A stretch of DNA of 15,779 nucleotides from a virus. Taxonomy: Duplodnaviria; Heunggongvirae; Uroviricota; Caudoviricetes. A model generated the notes under the pieces. It did not search any database and was not told the DNA's origin. It saw nothing but the letters and a program-made list of their open reading frames with translations. The DNA lies in IMG/VR virus record IMGVR_UViG_3300017917_003521; one strand, written 5' to 3'. The position numbers and the translations under genes were made by a program. Each line of letters begins with the position of its first letter. Positions within the stretch are counted from its first letter, which is position 1. Below are positions 1 through 7,400 of this stretch, one piece after another.

Positions 1-231
1 ATAAACCCTTTGTCCTGGTTTTACTACTAATCCTGTTTTTGAGATTGATTGACCGTTTAATTTAATATCAGCGAGAACTGAAACGGTTAGTGGGTTAAAT
101 AATTCGATTTCGAACTCGTCTCCATCATTTAAGAAGACTTTCCCATTTTTAATTGATTTTCTCCCTTTGTCTTTAGGAGATACAATCCAAGCTCCTGGCT
201 TGGAATTGCTACTTGCAATTGTTTTTGCCAT
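1..231 (-). CDS. Hypothetical phage protein, N-terminal 77 aa (runs off the left edge)
   Basis: Not in the ORF track. Hand translation from ATG at 231 is open to base 1: MAKTIASSNSKPGAWIVSPKDKGEKSIKNGKVFLNDGDEFEIELFNPLTVSVLADIKLNGQSISKTGLVVKPGQRVY. Beta-strand-like pattern, A-rich sequence before the ATG. Confidence 0.85.
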   Translation of the reverse strand, partial: MAKTIASSNSKPGAWIVSPKDKGRKSIKNGKVFLNDGDEFEIELFNPLTVSVLADIKLNGQSISKTGLVVKPGQRVY

Positions 232-259
232 AGTTATTCATTTTTATTTTATCCTATAT

Positions 260-327
260 CTTTGATTCATTTCTAAATCTCAAAGGCATCCTATTGATAC
301 CCGACATAAGTGTAGCGAACAGCTTAT
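260..327 (-). ncRNA. Candidate structured 5' leader (three consecutive hairpins)
   Basis: Minus-strand stems: ATAAG(C)TGT/ACACTTAT (327-306), GGGTATC/GATGCCT (302-284) and CTTTGA..GAAA..TCAAAG (285-260). They lie between a CAATATATA motif and the ATG at 231. Confidence 0.45.
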
Positions 328-329
328 AT

Positions 330-339
330 TATATATTGA
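330..339 (-). promoter_or_regulatory. Putative phage promoter motif TCAATATATA
   Basis: Recurring YAATATATA motif, here intergenic and 98 nt upstream of the ATG at 231. Confidence 0.6.
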
Positions 340-345
340 AAAAGT

Positions 346-873
346 TTATGCTTGTTGTAAATTTGTTCCACAAGATGGACAAAACTTATAAGTTTCTTTA
401 TTTTCAAAACCACAATTAAAACAAAATTTAACTTCTGATTTATTTTCTATTATATTTGATTTTTTTATATGTATAAGATTGGTGTTAAGATAAATATTCT
501 CCATCTTGCCTTCAATTAATATAATAGGATTTGATGTTATTTCAAATGTCCAAGGACTTTTTATCCATCTAGTAAATACCTTTGTTTTTTTATCAATTTC
601 GTCTCTATTTTCACCATCTATTGTTATTACAAATTCGGTTATATTATTTCTTTCTACAAGTCCATCTTTTTCTAAAAGAATATTACTAATTGTTTTTATT
701 GTACTATAGATATCTTTTTTTTCTGGTACACCAGAAACAACTTGGAAAACTATTGTCCAAAGTCCGGAACCAGGTGTTGTTTCTATTAGAGTTATTTTAT
801 ACAAAACACCTGTTTCTGATTTAAAATCAATCACATTGCAGATTTCTAAAGTCCTATCTATTGTATAATTCAT
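346..873 (-). CDS. Hypothetical protein with C-terminal double zinc ribbon
   Basis: 175-aa ORF ending KFCFNCGFENKETYKFCPSCGTNL (two CxxC pairs). Promoter-like motif 4 nt upstream of the ATG. Confidence 0.85.
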   Translation of the reverse strand: MNYTIDRTLEICNVIDFKSETGVLYKITLIETTPGSGLWTIVFQVVSGVPEKKDIYSTIKTISNILLEKDGLVERNNITEFVITIDGENRDEIDKKTKVFTRWIKSPWTFEITSNPIILIEGKMENIYLNTNLIHIKKSNIIENKSEVKFCFNCGFENKETYKFCPSCGTNLQQA

Positions 874-877
874 AAAT

Positions 878-894
878 TATATATTGATATTTTT
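878..894 (-). promoter_or_regulatory. Putative phage promoter motif AAAAATATCAATATATA
   Basis: Ends 4 nt before the ATG at 873. The same 17-mer occurs at 4124-4140 upstream of phoH. Confidence 0.65.
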
Positions 895-923
895 GTTTTT
901 TCTTAAAATTTACCTTATATTTG
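892..923 (+). promoter_or_regulatory. Bacteroidota-type sigma70 promoter (TTTG-N20-TATATTTG)
   Basis: TTTG at 892-895, 20-nt spacer, TATATTTG at 916-923. Fits the established Bacteroidota consensus TTTG-N19-21-TAnnTTTG and lies directly upstream of the peptidase gene. Confidence 0.6.
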
Positions 924-947
924 TATTATAAATTAAATTTAGATAAA

Positions 948-2150
948 GTGGATAAATTCGATAACTCTATATTACAAACGTTTTTAAGTCTAACTGACCG
1001 AACATATCCTTATGGTACTGAGGATGATTTGGTTGAATCTATGTTAGAACTTGGAATTTTCCCATCAGATATTCAAAAAGATAAACACGGAAACTATTTC
1101 TATAAAATTGGTGAGTCAAGAACTATTTTTGCATCACACTTAGATACAGTTTCTAAAGAACTAGCTCAGGTTATTCATACATTTGATGGTGATATTATTG
1201 GTACCGATGGTAAAACTACTTTAGGTGCTGATGATAAAGCAGGTGTTACTGTGATGTTACATTTGATTAAAAATAACATTCCAGGTCTTTATTACTTTTT
1301 TATTGGTGAAGAAGTTGGATGTATCGGTTCTGGTTTAGCATCTTCTCAATCAATCTCACAATTTAAAGGAAAATATGATAGAATTATCTCTTTTGACAGA
1401 AGAGGTACAGATTCAATTATTACATATCAATCTTCAACTAGATGTTGTTCTGATAAATTTGCTGAATCTTTAGCAAAGCAATTAAACATATCAGGTATGT
1501 CTTATAAAAAAGACGATGGTGGTGTTTATACTGACTCTGCTGAGTTTACTGATATTATTCCTGAATGTACAAACGTTTCAGTTGGTTATTACAAAGAACA
1601 CACTTTTAACGAAACTCAAGATATCAAACACCTTGAGAAATTAGCAAATGCTTGTCTTTTGGTGGATTGGGAAAATCTTCCAACTGAAAGAGATATGACT
1701 AAGAAAGAATATAAGAGTTACAACTATGGTTCTAGTTATTCTAACAAAAGATGGAGTGGTAACTCAAGTTCCGACTGGAGAAGACGTGACTATGGATATC
1801 ATGATGATTGGTATGACCAAACACCATCTACTAATTTCAAAACTTATGATGATACCGATGAGGTTGAAGACTGGGAAGTTGAATATAAAAAGTATAAAAA
1901 GACTCGTAGAAGTAATAAAAGAGGACGTGAGTTTTTTGATGCCGGTGGTGGTGATTTAATCCCATTCAAAAATTCAACTTCTGTAAATTTACCACTTGGT
2001 AAAAATCATTATGATAGTCTTATTGATAAGATTGTTAAAGATGATTTAACAAGAGTTGAGTTAGATATTATTAAAGACCAATATCTTGATATGAATACTG
2101 AGAACGATAGAGCCTTTTATGATTATTTACTTGGTAACATTATCGACTAA
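948..2150 (+). CDS. M28/M20-clan zinc metallopeptidase with low-complexity C-terminal tail
   Basis: Motifs SHLDTV, LGADDKAG, GEEVG, SFDRRG and GYYKEH supply the usual H/D/E/D/H co-catalytic zinc ligands. The track start (TTG, 921) lies inside the promoter element, so GTG at 948 is preferred; the start is uncertain. Confidence 0.85.
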   Translation: MDKFDNSILQTFLSLTDRTYPYGTEDDLVESMLELGIFPSDIQKDKHGNYFYKIGESRTIFASHLDTVSKELAQVIHTFDGDIIGTDGKTTLGADDKAGVTVMLHLIKNNIPGLYYFFIGEEVGCIGSGLASSQSISQFKGKYDRIISFDRRGTDSIITYQSSTRCCSDKFAESLAKQLNISGMSYKKDDGGVYTDSAEFTDIIPECTNVSVGYYKEHTFNETQDIKHLEKLANACLLVDWENLPTERDMTKKEYKSYNYGSSYSNKRWSGNSSSDWRRRDYGYHDDWYDQTPSTNFKTYDDTDEVEDWEVEYKKYKKTRRSNKRGREFFDAGGGDLIPFKNSTSVNLPLGKNHYDSLIDKIVKDDLTRVELDIIKDQYLDMNTENDRAFYDYLLGNIID

Positions 2151-2352
2151 AATCAATAATATCTGAAGACTTTATGATTTCATCAGGGGCGTTGAAAATT
2201 TTAGAATTTGGAACATTATGGCTAACTTTGTAAGAAACCTTAGAAACTTTTTCAATAATTTTTACAGGAGTAACCATGTCATTGTACCAGTATTCTACAA
2301 GAACAATGTCTCCTTCTTTATAAAAAGATTTAAACTCTAATAAAAATTTCAT
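2140..2352 (-). CDS. Small SH3/KOW-like protein, possible head internal protein
   Basis: 70 aa. YKEGDIVLV followed by short beta-strand segments; N-terminus MKFLLEFKSF; TTTAATATATA 4 nt upstream. Confidence 0.75.
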   Translation of the reverse strand: MKFLLEFKSFYKEGDIVLVEYWYNDMVTPVKIIEKVSKVSYKVSHNVPNSKIFNAPDEIIKSSDIIDFSR

Positions 2353-2356
2353 ATAC

Positions 2357-2367
2357 TATATATTAAA
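2357..2367 (-). promoter_or_regulatory. Putative phage promoter motif TTTAATATATA
   Basis: Fills most of the 16-bp gap between divergent starts at 2352 and 2369; ends 4 nt before the ATG at 2352. Confidence 0.6.
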
Positions 2368-2368
2368 T

Positions 2369-3319
2369 ATGTCAGTGCTTATTTTTGATAACGAAATGAT
2401 GAACTTTCTCTATTTTGCCCAGAGAGATTCTATAATTGCTGCTTTATTACTTCAAGGTAATGAATCGCATATAAAAGATGAAGGTAGTTATATCAAGTAT
2501 GAAAGTGATGATGTTGATGTTATTTCTTACTTACCTAGGTCAAAGTATGAAAAGGTTGAAGATCCTTGGTCAAATGGTCGAATTAAAATAAAAATAGGAA
2601 GATTTGTTAAAAAGTTTTTAACTGAGTTTTCTGAAAAAAACTTTAATGTTAATAATGTTTTAATTGAAAAGTTTGTAAATCTTTACAAATCTTATTTCTC
2701 AAGAGATTCTTCTAAGTTAAAAATTGTCGAAGGAAATGATATTCTAAAATATTATCTTGAAGATAACTATTACTCTATAAACGGTAATAGAAACGGAAGT
2801 CTTTGGAATTCTTGCATGAGACAAAGAGAAAGAAATAAATTCATGACTCTTTATGCTAAAAATCCTGACAAAGTTAAAATGTTAGTTTTTTTCTCTGATG
2901 ATGATAAAGTTAGAGCTAGAGCATTGCTTTGGTATGGTGTTAAAGAGCATAACTCAGATAAAGAGTACAACTTTATGGATAGAATTTATTTCTTTTATGA
3001 CCATGATGTTAATTTCTTTAAAGATTGGGCAAGAGAAAATGGTTTTATATCTAAATGGGATCAAACCGCTAAGAGTCAAATGTATTTTGATGATGGAATA
3101 GGTGAGCCTATTAGAAGAAGTTTATATATTACTTTAGATAATTATAACCTACAATATTATCCATATTTAGATACATTTAAGTTTTTTAACTATGATAAGG
3201 GTAGATTTTCTAATTCAGACTCTTATAACTTTGATTATATACTTACTCAAAGTAATGGTCAAACAGAAAGAGATCCTGAGCCAGAACCGGAAGAATATTA
3301 CGATGAAGATGATAATTAA
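2369..3319 (+). CDS. Hypothetical phage protein with NSCM / RALLW / MDRIY / PYLDTF motifs and acidic tail
   Basis: 316-aa ORF. The motif set resembles a recurrent uncharacterised phage family (recalled, not searched). C-terminus ERDPEPEPEEYYDEDDN; followed directly by a terminator. Confidence 0.85.
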   Translation: MSVLIFDNEMMNFLYFAQRDSIIAALLLQGNESHIKDEGSYIKYESDDVDVISYLPRSKYEKVEDPWSNGRIKIKIGRFVKKFLTEFSEKNFNVNNVLIEKFVNLYKSYFSRDSSKLKIVEGNDILKYYLEDNYYSINGNRNGSLWNSCMRQRERNKFMTLYAKNPDKVKMLVFFSDDDKVRARALLWYGVKEHNSDKEYNFMDRIYFFYDHDVNFFKDWARENGFISKWDQTAKSQMYFDDGIGEPIRRSLYITLDNYNLQYYPYLDTFKFFNYDKGRFSNSDSYNFDYILTQSNGQTERDPEPEPEEYYDEDDN

Positions 3320-3346
3320 AAAAACCCACCGATTGGTGGGTTTTTT
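3319..3346. terminator. Bidirectional intrinsic terminator
   Basis: AAAAAACCCACC-GATT-GGTGGGTTTTTT perfect hairpin with a U-tract on both strands, between convergent stop codons at 3319 and 3350. Confidence 0.92.
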
Positions 3347-3349
3347 ATT

Positions 3350-4105
3350 TTATATGTCTTTTTGTTCTGAACGATATTTATCGTATCTATTTGCTATTTC
3401 TACAAGGAATTTATTTCTAACAATATCTTCATTTGTAAATTCATGTAGATATAAGTCATTCATTCCTTCAACCATCTTTATAAAGTCGTTGTAACCAGAG
3501 TCTCTTTTTCTAACATCATATTGTGATGTATCGCCCATCATTACAGCTTTTGAGTCTTTACCTAAACGAGTTACCCATAACATTAATTGTTTAATAGAAG
3601 CATTCTGACACTCATCTAAAAGCATTATACAGTTATCATAAGTCGAGCCTCTCATATAAGCTAATGGTTCAAAACATATTTCTTCTGTTGAAAATAAAAA
3701 GTCAACTGTTGGCTTTCCTAATATTTTACAAAATGTTGTATAATATGATTGTTTATATGGATCAATTTTCTCAGCAATATTACCTGGAAGTGCTCCTAAA
3801 TTTTCACCACTTTCTTGAATAGGTTTTGTGATAATAATTTTTTCAATTTTTTTATCAGCTAATAAAGCCAATGCGGTGTAACAAGTTGTGTAGGTTTTTG
3901 AAGTACCGGCTGGTCCGTGAACCACTGATAAGATGTTATTTCTTATTCCTTTGTAAAGTGTTTGTTGCTTATCTGTTAGATGTACGTTTGATTTTTGAAA
4001 CTCTTCTTTAGTTAAAGAGTTTTTCTTTCTTAGATTCTTTTTGTATTCAAATTCTTGAATTCCCTCTTGAATCTGGCTGTTTAGTTCACTTTTACCTTTA
4101 CTCAT
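3350..4105 (-). CDS. phoH: PhoH-like ATPase
   Basis: Walker A variant GPAGTSKT, ITKP..ESGENLGALPG, YMRGST, Walker B LLDECQN, GDTSQYD and DIVRN. Start moved to Met30 of the track ORF (ATG at 4105) because a promoter motif lies at 4124-4140. Confidence 0.93.
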   Translation of the reverse strand: MSKGKSELNSQIQEGIQEFEYKKNLRKKNSLTKEEFQKSNVHLTDKQQTLYKGIRNNILSVVHGPAGTSKTYTTCYTALALLADKKIEKIIITKPIQESGENLGALPGNIAEKIDPYKQSYYTTFCKILGKPTVDFLFSTEEICFEPLAYMRGSTYDNCIMLLDECQNASIKQLMLWVTRLGKDSKAVMMGDTSQYDVRKRDSGYNDFIKMVEGMNDLYLHEFTNEDIVRNKFLVEIANRYDKYRSEQKDI

Positions 4106-4123
4106 TAAAGATGATTTTTCTTT

Positions 4124-4140
4124 TATATATTGATATTTTT
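4124..4140 (-). promoter_or_regulatory. Putative phage promoter motif AAAAATATCAATATATA
   Basis: Identical 17-mer to 878-894; ends 18 nt upstream of the ATG at 4105. Confidence 0.65.
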
Positions 4141-4175
4141 TTCCTACCCTTTTCCTTTTATAAGAGATAATATAT

Positions 4176-4186
4176 TTTAATATATA
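4176..4186 (+). promoter_or_regulatory. Putative phage promoter motif TTTAATATATA
   Basis: 20 nt upstream of the ATG at 4207, at the head of the plus-strand module and back-to-back with the phoH motif. Confidence 0.6.
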
Positions 4187-4206
4187 AGTCAAATACTACT
4201 CTAAAT

Positions 4207-4425
4207 ATGAAAAAGAATGAGGATGATTTAATCTACGATTTAATTTTCTCTGAGAAGGAAAATTTTAGAATTGATATCTCTGACTATCTTTCTGACATAT
4301 ATCAATATGAAGATTTTATAGACAGAATAAAAAAAATATTAAAAAAATCTAAGGTGAAAATAATTATTAGTGAAACACTTATGAGTAGTAAAACCGTAGT
4401 TTGGGAATTAAAAGTTAAAAAATAA
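4207..4425 (+). CDS. Small hypothetical protein
   Basis: 72 aa, acidic N-half and basic C-half. Promoter motif upstream; stop is 3 nt before the next ATG. Confidence 0.75.
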   Translation: MKKNEDDLIYDLIFSEKENFRIDISDYLSDIYQYEDFIDRIKKILKKSKVKIIISETLMSSKTVVWELKVKK

Positions 4426-4428
4426 TAT

Positions 4429-7400
4429 ATGTGGGTATATAACAGTGATTATAATAAATGGTTTGCAAATAATGATTCTTTAAGTAAGAATGATTTTGAC
4501 TTTCTAAAACAAGAGCTAAAGGCAACTAGATTCTACTCAAGATGTTTGAGTGGTGCTACTTATTTACCAGTTAATGACTTAACTGATATATACGATATAT
4601 TAGGTGATTATCAATCTAGAACTTGGTACATAAGTCCTGATGTTACAAACGGATCGCTATATAGTGTAACCTCTATACCATCTCAACATGCTTCACCTAT
4701 TAACAATAATAATTTAAGTGATTATTATGTTAAGTATGTTCAAGAATATGGACTTACATTAAAAAATCTATTTACGCCATATAGACTTATAAAAGACTCT
4801 GCTAAAAACTTTTATTATGTTGATGTTGCTACTACTGAGGCTATCGATCTTAGTAATATAACTAGAGTTTTTACTTTAGATGGTGTTACTTTATCAGAAG
4901 GTCATAGAGTTTTAGTTAAAGACCAAGTATCAACAGTTATTTTACTATCAACTGCTGACCCAAAGACATACTTTACTGGTAATTATACAATTGTTCAAGA
5001 TCTTGGCGCTACTATAGAATACCAATACTATAACGAAGAGAATGGTATTTATAAATTTGCTAACGGTAATCTTGTAAGAGAAACAGATTTAGACGATTAT
5101 AATCAATGTATTAGATATAGTGTTTCTGTTAAACTAGGAGATGCTAATAAAGGTAGAAATTTTCACCTTGCTAGAATGCTAGATGGTTATTTTCCAATGA
5201 CATCTTTAGGACAACCTATTGAGTTTAGAGAAAAACAAAATTGGATTCTAAGAAACAGAGTTGATTACAATAATCTATTTGAGATAAATTACTATGATAT
5301 TATAAAACATGGAACTCAATCGTATAACTACGAAGGAACAACATATACTATACCTGAAAGAACAATTTCAGTAGGTGAATTTGGTGTTATATTAAACACA
5401 CAAGAAGGTAAATCTAATATTATAAAAAACAAATACAAAGTTAATCTTAGAAGTATATCACAAACTAGTAAATATTATTGGATTTGTGGTGATGAAAATA
5501 CACTTTTAAGAGTTAGAAAACATGATTTCTTTATTGATAGAGTTTTAATTGAAAATATACCAACAACACTTCCTAATTTAATAAAAACTAATCTTAGTTC
5601 TGTGTCATTTTTTGATGACTTAAATGGCGCTGTAGTAGGTGAATTAAATACAATTCTCTATACAAAAAATGGTGGTATTGAATGGAATAGATTAGAAATT
5701 CAAGATTTCATTGACTATGACTATACTAGAGTTTTATACTCTACTAATTTTAGCTTCTTTGTTGTTGGAAAAACTGGTGTATTTATAGAATTTGTGAATA
5801 GTATTTCTGGTTGGACTGCCTATAAGAGAAGAATATCTAAAATAGAAGACGCTGTTGATGAATATTTATTAGTTGAAAATATAAACGATTTATATAAAAC
5901 AACATTATCTAATTGGTCTATTTCATATAATTATTATACTCAATCAATACAAACAGATAAAGAACTTTTATTCTTAGTAACTGATAATAATAATTTAATT
6001 GCTTATGATATAAATAATTCATTTAGTCAAGTAGGTACAGATTTTATCTACTTTGATTTTGGTCAAGATTATGGTGATATCAGAAGTATCACACAAAGAC
6101 AAGGCACAAATGATTTTTATTTCACTGCAACAGATCCAACTAGTGGTAATGATGGAATATTCTCATTTAATATTTCAAACTTTGCATATCTTGGAACAGG
6201 TAGTTCTTACTCTAATACAACAGTTGGTGTCAGTGCCTCTTATGTTTATACTGAATATCCTAATGAGATATTTGATTACAACGGCACTCAATTACTAATA
6301 TGTGGAAACAATTCACTTTTAGGATATTCTACATACTCTACTACAAACTTTAATTCATTTGATTCAACATTTGAAGATAAATTAAAGTCAAAGTTATTGA
6401 TATTAGATTATGATATTGCTTCTAAATTAAACTTTTTTACAGATGCAGGTGATTATAGATTACCTACTGCTGTAACTTTTAGTAATATATCTTTAACATC
6501 ATCTGGAAGTGGTATATTTTTTAATCCTATACAACAAGGTATAACATCTACTAACAATGGTACATATTCTGAGACAAACTGGATAGTTTATTATCAAGAC
6601 TCTCAAAAGACTTTTGAATATTATAGCTCAGCGCCTCTTGATGAGTCAACTAAAGTTTTAATATCTATGACTTTTTCATACTCATCTGTAGCTGCTTCAC
6701 TTACAGGTAGTAATACATTAATAACATCATCGGCTTCTATTATATCTAGTTTAGCACCTATGATTACATACGCTACTGCTAGTAAGTACAATGGTCAGTT
6801 TTTACCAAGTATAGCACCTATTTCAAATTCATTTAATGTTTTCTTATATGATTACTTAATGATTATTAAAGTATCGACATTATATCCTGTATCTATAGGT
6901 GATGTTATTAGATTTGAAAGTTCTGTTGTAGATGCTGATTTAATTGTTAATAAAATAGTACCATCTGGTGGAAGTAAATACATTTATATGTATAGTGATT
7001 TTAATCAAAACATTATAACTAATTTACAAAATTCTACCAACATTTTTACAATTACTAACTTAAACAAGTATTCAGATATAAATCAATTAAAATCAAGATT
7101 TAACAGTCACCCTATATCTATGGGTTATAGTATTGATTACATTGATATATTTGGTAATGTAACAACATCACCTACTAATATTTTACAAATAGGTGGTAAA
7201 TTTAACTCAGAGACGGCATATTATAATTTACAAACTGATGTAATTGTTAGTGGAAATACTCAAAGTATGGTTTACACCAATAGTTTTTTAAAGTTTGGAT
7301 ATTCTCCTACTTATAATCTTTTAGACTATTTAACAAGTATAAATGATATAAATGAAGTTAATCCTAAGTTTTATGCAACTAAAGAATATTTAGCAATGCC

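Noticed and set aside
209-241. Out-of-frame 10-codon ORF (minus strand, MNNYGKNNCK) overlapping the start at 231
   Set aside because: Short and plausible by chance; no independent support, though worth rechecking if the leader proves regulatory.
921-947. Track start (TTG 921) for the peptidase
   Set aside because: It coincides with the TATATTTG promoter element, so a transcript would begin downstream of it.
4106-4192. 29-aa N-terminal extension of PhoH
   Set aside because: It spans two back-to-back promoter motifs and translates as low-complexity K/Y/I sequence.
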